Assembly (NCBI GenBank): GCA_021158055.1
Contig: JAGGVJ010000005.1
Location: forward strand, 1 to 35,600
Direction: 5' to 3'
From: Candidatus Iainarchaeum sp.
Lineage (GTDB): Archaea > Iainarchaeota > Iainarchaeia > JAGGVJ01
DNA length: 35,600 nucleotides
Below, in pieces: positions 9,011 through 17,162 of the stretch. How positions within the stretch are numbered: the first letter of the stretch is position 1; each line of letters begins with the position of its first letter. The notes below the pieces were generated by a model. The model was not told the DNA's origin. It saw only the letters and a list, made by a program, of their open reading frames with translations, and ran no database searches. A program made the translations under genes and the position numbers.

Positions 9011-9179
9011 AAGATTACCCGACCCGAAATAACTCAGATAAGTAACTTTTGGTTGATTGGGGGTCTAAAGCTCCTTCTTTAGTATTTTTCTTCTATATTT
9101 GTACCCATTTATAGATTTGGGGGACTCTAAGGGCTTCTTTACCAAAAAGCTTTTATATTAGAGGGGTTATATGTTTAAG

Positions 9180-9361
9180 TGTGGAGGTGGTTGAAGGTCT
9201 GGTTTGGTTTTGCCGGACAAACAACACACATAAGAATAATTGAGAGTGTGCGACGGGAACCATGGCCAAGGTCACCCAGCTAAATGGGAAATCACTGAAG
9301 AAGTGGCAAAAGGTTTTAGTCGATATATCAATTTGTAAAGGCGGGGTTTCCCTGCCTTTTT
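9180..9361 (+). ncRNA. Candidate ~180-nt structured transcript
   Basis: AAAAGC-TTTTATA BRE/TATA-like at ~9145-9157; hairpin 9187-9229; contains the 19-bp repeat; ends in a hairpin plus U-tract. Confidence 0.4.
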
Positions 9362-9460
9362 ATATTATTTTAACTATTAAAATTTAATAGCTATTTAAAC
9401 CCAGTTATCACTGTTTTAGCAGTTTTTATCAGAATTTGAAAAGAGTGTGCGACGGGAACC
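9243..9460 (+). repeat. Perfect 19-bp direct repeat AGAGTGTGCGACGGGAACC x2
   Basis: Copies at 9243-9261 and 9442-9460. Confidence 0.9.
9337..9361 (+). terminator. Hairpin plus T-tract
   Basis: AAAGGCGGG-GTTT-CCCTGCCTTT followed by further T. Confidence 0.55.
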
Positions 9461-9694
9461 GTGTTTGAAGAGCGCCAGGTTTTAAGTAGGAAGGCGGTTC
9501 AAGTGATTCCCATCAAGCTTTGAGAATTCGTAGCATTATTTATGTGGATTCTCCTTTATAAATCTTCCCCAATGTTTTTCGTTGTTTGCCGATACTTTTG
9601 GGCATCCGGGCGGATTTAATATGCGTTCAGCACATGTTTTTTTGTTTGTGTGTTTGCCGGTTGGTTTTTTTCAGAATTATCTTGCAAGATTCGG

Positions 9695-10282
9695 TTAGAT
9701 TAATAAATATATTGCAAGCACAACAAGTATCCTTGAAAGCACCGCAAGTTCGGTCTTGTTGGTTTTGTAAACAATTGCACCAAGTACGAGCCCTTCAGTT
9801 GCCGCAAATAACACGTTTCCAATCATTATGCCGTTGAAAAGCGTTGTTGCAGTCTGGCTCAATGCAAACAAAGCGGTTGTTATTGTTATTGCTGCTTTTG
9901 GGTTCATTTTGCAGCAGAAAAGTTTTTGAAGTGTTCCTCTCCAGAAAAATTCCTGCGCTGTCACAAACAAGAGAGTTCCCGCGAGAACCATCAGATCCAG
10001 TTCGTGCACAGGCCTGTTGAAAAACATGCCGATGCCGATGAATGCAACTGCAAGTGCCGCTGAAGCCGCAAGGCTTATTGCCACCCCGTTTTTGTCAGGC
10101 AGTTTTGGCTCAAAGTTCAGGGTGTAATTTTTTGAATATTTTTTTGTGAAAAAAACAAACGCCCCCAGCATAATGACTGCACTGAATACGTTTGCGATTA
10201 CGTCGTTTAGAAGAGAAAGACCGATAACAATTAAGGCAGTAAAAAATACCAGCCCGAAACTTCCTTTTTGATACCAAAGCAT
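9695..10282 (-). CDS. CPBP/Abi (CAAX-like) family membrane protein with degenerate catalytic motifs
   Basis: AQEFFWRG corresponds to EExxFRG; FALSQ lies at the FxxxH position; multi-TM. Confidence 0.7.
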   Translation of the reverse strand: MLWYQKGSFGLVFFTALIVIGLSLLNDVIANVFSAVIMLGAFVFFTKKYSKNYTLNFEPKLPDKNGVAISLAASAALAVAFIGIGMFFNRPVHELDLMVLAGTLLFVTAQEFFWRGTLQKLFCCKMNPKAAITITTALFALSQTATTLFNGIMIGNVLFAATEGLVLGAIVYKTNKTELAVLSRILVVLAIYLLI

Positions 10283-10284
10283 GT

Positions 10285-11505
10285 TTACTCCTCCACAAGA
10301 TTTTCCGCGAATTCACCTGATTTAAATTTTTTTAAGTCAAAAAGTTCCTGCCCGGTGCCAAAAAAAGCAATCGGCACATGGCTTGAGTGAAATATTGACA
10401 GTGCTGTCCCTCCCTTTACATCTGTGTCAAGCTTGGTTAATATAACTGCGTTTACGTTTGATATTCTCTTGAATGTGTTTATCTGATTGATTATCCCGTG
10501 GCCGGATATTGATTCGCCCACGAACACGGTAAAATCAGGTTTTGACACCTTGACTATTTTGTCAAGCTCCTGCATTAGGTTGTGGCTTGTGTCTTGTCTT
10601 CCCGCAGTGTCTATCAAAACTGCGTCGATTTTTTTTGATTCCGCGGATCTGACCGCGTCAAAAACCACGGCTGCAGGGTCAGCGCCGTAGTCGTGCTTAA
10701 TGAGTTTAATGTCAAGGTTTTTTGCATGGGTTTCAAGCTGTTGAATGGCTGCTGCCCTGAATGTATCTGCCGCGCAAAGAATTGAATTTGTTGAATTGTC
10801 TTTTAGCATTTTTGCTATTTTTGCAATGGTGGTTGTTTTTCCGGCTCCGTTGGGACCGACGAAAAGGACAACGACGGGTTTTTTTCCAGCTGAAGCGCTT
10901 TTGATTTCTCCGATGAGGTCAAATTCGCTTCCCTGCATTGTTTCAAGCAGCACTTTTTTTATTTCCTGTCTGATTCTGCGGGAAATGTTTTCGCCTCTTT
11001 TTATTTCAAGCCCTTCAAGGTGTTCCCCGATATCATGGTTGATTTGCCGGGCGCAGTCCATGGAAACATCGCTTTCAATGAGCCCCAGTTCCAGTTCAAA
11101 CAATGCGTCCTTGAAGTCCTCTTTTTTGACTTTTATGCTCCCGAACACGCTTTGTTTTATTTTGGAAATTGTGTTCAGGCCAAATGTTTTTCCCCGGGAG
11201 ACACCTGTTTTTTCAGCAGGTGTTTCTTTGGCTTCCGCTGGTTTTTCACTGGTTTCCTGTGTGTCTTGCTGAATCAGTTTTTCTTCAGGCACGGCAAGTT
11301 GGGTTTTTGTTTCCGGTGCAACGGGTTCAGTGCCTGTTTTTGGCTCAGGCGCTTCAACTTCGCGTTCGTCGGGAGTGGGTTTTGTTTCCTGAAACGGTTT
11401 TTCAGGCTCTTCAAAAGTTTTTTCAAGCGGTTCCGGAGCAGCAGGGGGTTTATGCGATACTTGTCTGGTGAATTTTTCAATTTTTTTCTTGAGAAAATCA
11501 AACAT
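10285..11505 (-). CDS. ftsY: SRP receptor FtsY
   Basis: Acidic P/E/K/T-rich N-terminus; GPNGAGKTTTIAK, DTFRAAA, DTAGR, TKLD, GTGQ. Confidence 0.96.
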   Translation of the reverse strand: MFDFLKKKIEKFTRQVSHKPPAAPEPLEKTFEEPEKPFQETKPTPDEREVEAPEPKTGTEPVAPETKTQLAVPEEKLIQQDTQETSEKPAEAKETPAEKTGVSRGKTFGLNTISKIKQSVFGSIKVKKEDFKDALFELELGLIESDVSMDCARQINHDIGEHLEGLEIKRGENISRRIRQEIKKVLLETMQGSEFDLIGEIKSASAGKKPVVVLFVGPNGAGKTTTIAKIAKMLKDNSTNSILCAADTFRAAAIQQLETHAKNLDIKLIKHDYGADPAAVVFDAVRSAESKKIDAVLIDTAGRQDTSHNLMQELDKIVKVSKPDFTVFVGESISGHGIINQINTFKRISNVNAVILTKLDTDVKGGTALSIFHSSHVPIAFFGTGQELFDLKKFKSGEFAENLVEE

Positions 11506-11509
11506 AAAA

Positions 11510-11896
11510 TCAGTTGGATTTTTTTAGTATTGCTTGTGCTTTGCTGTCAAGTGTTTTAAGCTGTCCTTCAATTATTGTAATCTGTTTTTCAATTCCCTGT
11601 TTCCTTTCAGTGACCAGTTTAACGGCTTCTTTTATGGGTTTTTCAGCAAGCACGTTCGGACCAAGGTCAATTATTACTTTTTCCTTGTCAGTTGATTTTC
11701 CTTTCAAAAAACAGCCTGATCCCAAGGGAATTAAGATATCTTCTTTTTTTTGTTTTTCAACTGACTGAAGGCTTCCAACAGTCATGTTCATTTGCGTGAC
11801 TGCCTGATGCATTGCTTCAAGCTGTTCTTTCAACTGCTGGCCCTGTTCCTGGATTGACTGCAGCAACGAAGCGTTTTGAGGGTTGCTTTCGTTCAC
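11510..11896 (-). CDS. pfdA: Prefoldin subunit alpha
   Basis: Coiled coil, double beta-hairpin (ILIPLGSG, VIIDLG), coiled coil; conserved position between rpl18a and ftsY. Confidence 0.9.
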   Translation of the reverse strand: MNESNPQNASLLQSIQEQGQQLKEQLEAMHQAVTQMNMTVGSLQSVEKQKKEDILIPLGSGCFLKGKSTDKEKVIIDLGPNVLAEKPIKEAVKLVTERKQGIEKQITIIEGQLKTLDSKAQAILKKSN

Positions 11897-12084
11897 TTGC
11901 TCTCCTCCTCTTTTGATTCCTTTACTGAGTTTATTTTTATGCCGCGCCTTTTTACTTTGTGTTTGCTTCCGATCAAGGAAAGAATTTTTTCCTCAACCAG
12001 TTCTTTGTGGCTTACTTCTATTTCTTTTGTGAATATTTTTTTCTTGTTTGAGTCAATGAATTTCCCGGAAACAATAAATTTCAT
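11893..12084 (-). CDS. rpl18a: 50S ribosomal protein L18Ae/LX (eL20)
   Basis: FTKEI...EKILSLIGSKHKVKR..IKI; conserved operon position. Confidence 0.9.
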   Translation of the reverse strand: MKFIVSGKFIDSNKKKIFTKEIEVSHKELVEEKILSLIGSKHKVKRRGIKINSVKESKEEESK

Positions 12085-12228
12085 GGTTTTTCCTCCGCGT
12101 TTCTTTTTTGTTTTTGCCTGATCAGTTTGCTTTTGTTAAAACAATGGCCTGTTTCTTCTTATAACAACAAATTGCTTCTTGTTAAAATTATCTTTGTTTT
12201 GAACGGTTTTCTTTTGCCATACCGCCTG

Positions 12229-12945
12229 TTAAACTTGCTTTTGGCTGTTTTGTCTTTTTTTTGCTTTCGGTTTTTCTTCAAACAGCAAAGCGTCGTCTAT
12301 CCTTACAAGCTCGAACCCTGTGGTGAGTTTTCCGACAACTACCCCGTGGTTGTTTGAGATTATCGAGTTTCCGACAAAGCCGTCACCGCAGTTTGCTGTT
12401 CCCATTTCCCCTTTTACCTTGAGTATTTTTTCAATTGTTTTCATTTGGTCAGGGCTTGTTTCAGGGTGGGCTAAAAAACCCTTGTTGTTTGCTATGATGG
12501 TTGACCCGACGATGTCGATTTCTCCAGTGGTTGCTATTTTGGCTTCTACATCCAGGGTTTCCTCGATTGTGTCTTTTGCATCTCTTAAAAGGAACTTGTG
12601 CGCGACTGCGCCTTTGTCGTTTGCCGCAATCATGTTGCCTATTGCCGTGTTTCTTGTCGGAACTTTTGCGGCTTCAAAGCCGGTTTCTTTTTTTATGCTT
12701 TGGATTTCGTGTTCTTCAACAGTGCTTGGCAGGAGAATCCCGTTGTTGTTTGCAGCGCAAAACACCCCGATTAAAGGGCTTTCGCAAACAGTTGTTTTTA
12801 TTGCGTTGACGTTCAGGGTTTCCTCAATTGTCTGCATTTCTTTTTTTTGCATTGATAGCGGAACCAGTGCAAATTTGTCAGTTACAAGGCAGAATATCCC
12901 GATGTATGGACTGCCGTGAAAAGAGATGTTTTTTATTGATGACAT
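12229..12945 (-). CDS. eif6: Translation initiation factor 6 (aIF6)
   Basis: GSPYIGIF, LIG...NxNG, GNxIxxNDKG, VGS...NNKG..HP, GTANxG pentein repeats. Confidence 0.94.
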   Translation of the reverse strand: MSSIKNISFHGSPYIGIFCLVTDKFALVPLSMQKKEMQTIEETLNVNAIKTTVCESPLIGVFCAANNNGILLPSTVEEHEIQSIKKETGFEAAKVPTRNTAIGNMIAANDKGAVAHKFLLRDAKDTIEETLDVEAKIATTGEIDIVGSTIIANNKGFLAHPETSPDQMKTIEKILKVKGEMGTANCGDGFVGNSIISNNHGVVVGKLTTGFELVRIDDALLFEEKPKAKKRQNSQKQV

Positions 12946-13011
12946 GGTTTGTCCTGTGTTCCCTGGTTGTTTTCAGCGGTTTTCTGGTTTTTAAGCAACC
13001 GGTTTTGTTGT

Positions 13012-13668
13012 TTATTTTTGAAGTATGTTTACAGTTACGTTTTCATCGGTTTTCATGGTTTTGACTGTTATCTTTGAAGGCGGGTTTCTTGCGCCTCTTT
13101 TCCAGATTTCGGTGTTTAACTCGGTTGAGATAAGAACTTTGTCAACAGGCATTTTCGTGTGCCTTGCCGCGAGCTCCCTGATTATCTTAATTGCTTTTCC
13201 TGCTCTTCTGTTCAACGGAACTTCTTTTGCTTTCCTTAGCGGGAAAGTGTGGACTCGTTCTTCAGCGATTTGTTCTTTTTTCGCAGGCGCCTTTTTCACC
13301 GGCTTTGCTTCCTTTGAGGCAACTCCTTTTTCTGTTGTTTTGGTTTCGGTTTTTGCTTTGGTTTCGGTTTTTGTGCCTGTTGTTTTGGTTTCTTCTGTGG
13401 GTTTTGGTTTTTCGGTTTCTGTTGTTTTGTTTTTTTCAACAGGTTTTTCGTTCACTTCAACATCTCCAGCAGGTTTATCTGCTTCAGCTTTTTGGGTTTC
13501 TTTTGTCTCTTTTTTTGGTTCTGTTGTTTTGGTTTCGGTTTTTGCTTTGGTTTCGGTTTTTGTGCCTGTTGTTTTGGTTTCTTCTTTTGTTTTGGTTTCT
13601 TCTGTGGGTTTTGGTTTTTCGGTTTCTGTTGTTTTGTTTTTTTCAGTTTGTGTTTTTTCTTCAGCCAT
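13012..13668 (-). CDS. rpl31e: 50S ribosomal protein L31e with a long K/T/E-rich N-terminal extension
   Basis: C-terminal ERVHTFPLR...RRAGKAIK...LNxEIWKRG..NPP; ATG 13668 follows an AGGTGA SD. Confidence 0.9.
   Translation of the reverse strand: MAEEKTQTEKNKTTETEKPKPTEETKTKEETKTTGTKTETKAKTETKTTEPKKETKETQKAEADKPAGDVEVNEKPVEKNKTTETEKPKPTEETKTTGTKTETKAKTETKTTEKGVASKEAKPVKKAPAKKEQIAEERVHTFPLRKAKEVPLNRRAGKAIKIIRELAARHTKMPVDKVLISTELNTEIWKRGARNPPSKITVKTMKTDENVTVNILQK
13330..13645. repeat. ~108-bp internal duplication in the rpl31e extension
   Basis: 13330-13438 matches 13519-13645 apart from an 18-bp insert (KEETKT). Confidence 0.85.
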
Positions 13669-13695
13669 GATAATCACCTATGCATTAATTGTGTT

Positions 13696-13890
13696 TTATT
13701 TTTTTGTTATTTTGAGCCGCATTGACCTGATTCCACTCCCGATGTGAGTTGTCCTCCAGTTCTTCAGCCCCATTCTTCCGCGCTTTCGCTGCCTGTTTGT
13801 TTTCATGAACACCCATATTGGCGCGTCTCTTTTTTGCTTATTTTTTTTTATAAGCGATGTTTTAAACATTGATTCCCTGTTTTTTGCCAT
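13696..13890 (-). CDS. rpl39e: 50S ribosomal protein L39e
   Basis: KQxRxxPxWVxxKT...NWR; sits directly upstream of rpl31e. Confidence 0.85.
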   Translation of the reverse strand: MAKNRESMFKTSLIKKNKQKRDAPIWVFMKTNRQRKRGRMGLKNWRTTHIGSGIRSMRLKITKK

Positions 13891-13947
13891 GTGATAACCT
13901 CTTAGTGTTTATGTTATGTGATGATACAATAATCCATTCCTTTCTTT

Positions 13948-14277
13948 TCATACTCTTTTTATGGTGGGTTCCCTTTTGTTTGCAGTGATTTTTGCCAGTA
14001 TCACTTTCAGTTGCTCGTCAGTCACTTTTGATTTTACCTGCCCTGACTGCGCAAGGTAAAGCAAAAGGTCCTCGATTTTTTCTGCTTTTGCAGGGTCTGC
14101 GAGTTTTATGTTGGTAAGCCTGGATTTTGCAGGAGCTGAAAGTATCTGTGAGACCATTGCGTTTTTTTGTTCAGACATGACCTGCTGTGCCTGTTGCTGT
14201 TCTGTGTGTTCAGCTTGCTGTTTTGAGTATTCAGAAAGTTTTTTTCGTTTTATCTCTTCAAGTGGCTCCAAACTCAA
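13948..14277 (-). CDS. PDCD5-like dsDNA-binding protein
   Basis: LEEIKRKKL...QIL...AKSRLxNIKLAxP..A..IE..L..LAQSG; conserved operon position. Confidence 0.9.
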   Translation of the reverse strand: MSLEPLEEIKRKKLSEYSKQQAEHTEQQQAQQVMSEQKNAMVSQILSAPAKSRLTNIKLADPAKAEKIEDLLLYLAQSGQVKSKVTDEQLKVILAKITANKREPTIKRV

Positions 14278-14313
14278 TCAACCCCGTGCCGTGCTTTGAA
14301 ACGCCGGAAACAA

Positions 14314-14751
14314 TTATTTTTTAGCTTCTGCTGCTTCGCTTTCTTTTTTGATTTCTGTCGCGATTTTGTCAAGGAAAGATTTTCCTTTGGCAGTTATAAT
14401 CCGCCCGGTTTTGTTTTCAACAAACCCGACGCTTTCAAACCCCTGCATTATTTTCCTGATGGCGTTGCCGGATGCCTTGCCTTTTTTTTCAGGTTTTGCT
14501 CCGCGGTTTGTTTTTCCCCCGTATACTGATTTAAGGCTTGATGTTCCGATCGGGCCGCTTATGTAAATTTTCCTGAGGATTGAAGCTGCCCTGGTAAACC
14601 ACCAGTCTTCTTTTTCAGGTGCGCGCGTTGAGTGCGGACTGGTTTTCACAAATTTTGCCCATTCAGGGGGCTTGAGTTCGTTGAATCCCTGCAGTTTTGC
14701 AGATACTTTTTCTATTAACTTGGCTGGAGGCACGTCGTAAACTGTTGCCAT
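14314..14751 (-). CDS. rps19e: 30S ribosomal protein S19e
   Basis: MATVYDVP, PEWAKFVKT, WWFTRAASILRKIY, YGG. Confidence 0.96.
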   Translation of the reverse strand: MATVYDVPPAKLIEKVSAKLQGFNELKPPEWAKFVKTSPHSTRAPEKEDWWFTRAASILRKIYISGPIGTSSLKSVYGGKTNRGAKPEKKGKASGNAIRKIMQGFESVGFVENKTGRIITAKGKSFLDKIATEIKKESEAAEAKK

Positions 14752-14775
14752 ATTAAATTCCTCCTTTGAGAAAGG

Positions 14776-15033
14776 TTATTTTTTAAAAATAACAAAAGTG
14801 TTTCCTTTTGTTTCAATTAGTTCAGAATTTGTCCCTTTAAGTACTTCGTCTATTATTTCCTCTTTTTTATCTTTTATACTTTTCTGAATTTTTATTTTTA
14901 TAAGCTTGTTTTTTTCAAATTGTGTTTTCACCTCTGAAACAAAATTGTCGGTAACACCTGATTTTCCCACAAAAAGCGCGGGCTCAAGATGCATTGCCTT
15001 GGATTTCATGGGTTTTTTGCTTTTTGCTTCCAT
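14776..15033 (-). CDS. YhbY/CRS1-family RNA-binding protein
   Basis: HLEP...VGKSGVT...EV...LIKIK...GNTFVIFK; start at ATG 15033. Confidence 0.85.
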   Translation of the reverse strand: MEAKSKKPMKSKAMHLEPALFVGKSGVTDNFVSEVKTQFEKNKLIKIKIQKSIKDKKEEIIDEVLKGTNSELIETKGNTFVIFKK

Positions 15034-15103
15034 AAAGACGCCGTTGTTTGTTTTTTGCCTGCAGTGCAACAATTTGTTTTGCGTTTACCAGGTTTGTTGG
15101 CAG

Positions 15104-15174
15104 TTATTGGCAATATCAATGTTTTATTGGCAATATCAATGTTTTATTGGCAAAATCAATGTTTTATTGACAAA
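15104..15174. repeat. 20-bp tandem repeat TTATTGGCAATATCAATGTT x~3.5
   Basis: Head-to-tail units with 1-2 substitutions and no spacers. Confidence 0.9.
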
Positions 15175-15213
15175 TTGACAAGCAGTAATCAAATCAGGGA
15201 ACCCTTTACGGTT

Positions 15214-15246
15214 GTGAATTGCCCCTTGCTTTCGCAGGGGACTTAC
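15214..15246 (-). ncRNA. Motif resembling an IS200/IS605 right end (copy 2)
   Basis: - strand reads GTAAGTCCCCTGC-GAAA-GCAAGGGGCAATTCAC; AT-rich TATA-like tract at ~15263-15277. Confidence 0.5.
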
Positions 15247-15364
15247 AATAGCTTACAATGGGTTAAATATAATATAACTAAACAGATTTAAAAGCCTTTA
15301 TTTTAAAAGGAAAAGCAGTTAGTTAGTGGACTACAGGTTTTCAGGATATTTAAATCGCTGCAGA

Positions 15365-15920
15365 TTATTTGGGGTTTTGTTTTGAAAGTATTACCAATAG
15401 TTTTTCTACATTTTTTCTGTCTGTTCAAACCGTCTTTCCGATAACTGTCTTTCTTTTTCCCATTGTTCAATTATTTTTCCCATTGTTCAATTATTTTTCC
15501 CATGCTTATAGGTATAACATGATATTTTTCATTTAAAGTGTTGAATTTATCGGATGTTTCAGTTCTGAAAAGATTCATGTAATTCATGCCTGTGGAAAAC
15601 CTTTGCGCCATTTCTTGTTTGGAATCATTATATATTTCATGAAATCCTTTTTCAATGCAATTTTCGTCAATCTGATTACATTTTATATCTTCAACAGATA
15701 CTAAAGGTGCTTCTTTTGGATTTTTTAATGTTATTTTATATTTAAATTCATTTAATGTCTGTTCGTCCCCCATGCACCTTATTTTTACACTTCCATCTGG
15801 TTGGTTTTCTACAGTCCCATCAATCTTTAGTTCTTGTCCTATTTTGGCAACAAAATCTCTATACCCCACCTTTTGGACATTTCCACATATGATAAATTCC
15901 AACGCCTTTACGTTATTCAT
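15365..15920 (-). pseudogene. Acylphosphatase with a C-terminal coiled coil, 3'-disrupted (intact frame 15471-15920)
   Basis: GNVQKVGYR and VENQPDGSV motifs; a 20-bp tandem duplication (15454-15503) creates a premature stop; the helical tail continues out of frame to 15365. Confidence 0.7.
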
Positions 15921-16166
15921 AATGATTTTATAGAGTAATTGATATATAAAAGAACTAATAACCTCTTTTTGGGTTTTTTTTTGTCCGACACAAAACAAAT
16001 GTATAAAAACATTGCAAATCCATAAATTATCAGGGATTCATTGCCTGTCGGTTATTAATCCGTTGGTATTTTATTATTTTAGCTAATATTTAAATTGTTT
16101 ATTTTGTTAATGTTAATCATATTGTTTAATCGTTTATTTTATTAATTGTAACTTAGAGGTGTTTTT

Positions 16167-17162
16167 TTGCGCAATTTTTACGAAGCAGATTACAAAAAGT
16201 ACCTGATTGTACCGCTTGTTTTGTTTATTCTATTCCTGTTCTTGATTCCGATGGTTCCTTTCGGCGTGGATCTCGAGGGGGGCATAATCCTGACTGCCAA
16301 GACAGACCACCCGGTTGATGTCCTGAAAGTGGAGTCCGCTTTTGAAGAAATCGGCGTTGATGCAGTTGTCAAGTCAATCATGTCCGGCGGCGTAATCGTG
16401 GAAGTTTCGCATGACAAAAACCACCTTCAGGCATCAGCCTTGTTTGAAACTGCGTTGTCGGAGAACAACGAGGCAAAAGCAAGACAAGCACTTGAAATGA
16501 TTTCCGTGCCTGACCCGGGTTTTTCTGGTGCTGAACTGTTTGATTTTGTTTCGGAATCAATTTTTGAAAAAAAGACAGAGTATAAGTCAAAACTCATGAC
16601 TGCAGTAAGCTCTTCAACAGGGCTGACTGACAAGTCCGCGTTTTCAATCCAGGAAGTGGGGCCCAGTCTCGGAGCATCTTTTTGGGAGTCTGCAAAACTG
16701 GTTGTGATAATGGCTTTTGTGCTTGTAACACTTTCGATTTTTGCATTTTTCCGCTCGTTTGTGCCTTCAATGGCAGTTGTCCTGGCCATGTTGTTTGATG
16801 TGATGGGTGCCCTTGCGCTTATGACTGTGTTCAACGTTGAATTGTCACTTGCTTCAATTTCAGCATTGCTTATGCTTATCGGTTACTCTGTTGACACAGA
16901 CATCGTGCTCACGACAAGGCTGCTCAAAAGCAGGGGTGGGTTGTCTTCTGAAAAAGTAATGAAAGCCATGGAAACAGGCCTTACGATGACAGGGACCACC
17001 TTAGCCGCTATTACCGTGCTGTTTTTTGTTTCCGCTTTCATGGGTGTTGCAATAATCAGCCAGATTGCAATTGTGCTTCTTTTCGGACTGGTTGCTGACC
17101 TGATCTCAACGTGGATGATGAACGCGCCGATTCTCCTGTGGTTTGTGGAGGGGAGGCGATGA
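16167..17162 (+). CDS. secF: Protein translocase subunit SecF
   Basis: GVDLEGG, VGPSLG, LMLIGYSVDTDIVL, TGLTMTGTT, DLISTWMMNA. Confidence 0.93.
   Translation: MRNFYEADYKKYLIVPLVLFILFLFLIPMVPFGVDLEGGIILTAKTDHPVDVLKVESAFEEIGVDAVVKSIMSGGVIVEVSHDKNHLQASALFETALSENNEAKARQALEMISVPDPGFSGAELFDFVSESIFEKKTEYKSKLMTAVSSSTGLTDKSAFSIQEVGPSLGASFWESAKLVVIMAFVLVTLSIFAFFRSFVPSMAVVLAMLFDVMGALALMTVFNVELSLASISALLMLIGYSVDTDIVLTTRLLKSRGGLSSEKVMKAMETGLTMTGTTLAAITVLFFVSAFMGVAIISQIAIVLLFGLVADLISTWMMNAPILLWFVEGRR

Noticed and set aside
9284-9301. Hammerhead ribozyme core (CTGAAGA with nearby GAAA)
   Set aside because: The three required stems cannot be built around the motifs
9240-9338. CDGSH iron-sulfur peptide (MRVCDGNH...)
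   Set aside because: Lacks the upstream CxC..S...P part of the motif; TTG start without an SD
9243-9460. Group II intron 5' end (GTGCGAC) or mini-CRISPR
   Set aside because: No domain V/VI consensus, no RT, only two copies 199 bp apart
8620-9690. Canonical archaeal SRP (7S) RNA, RNase P RNA or tRNA
   Set aside because: No CAGG-GNRA-AGCA helix 8, no GAGGAAAGTCC and no T-arm GTTCRAATC found on either strand by eye
15104-15174. CRISPR array
   Set aside because: Units are head-to-tail with no unique spacers, and there are no cas genes; the same applies to 32778-32845
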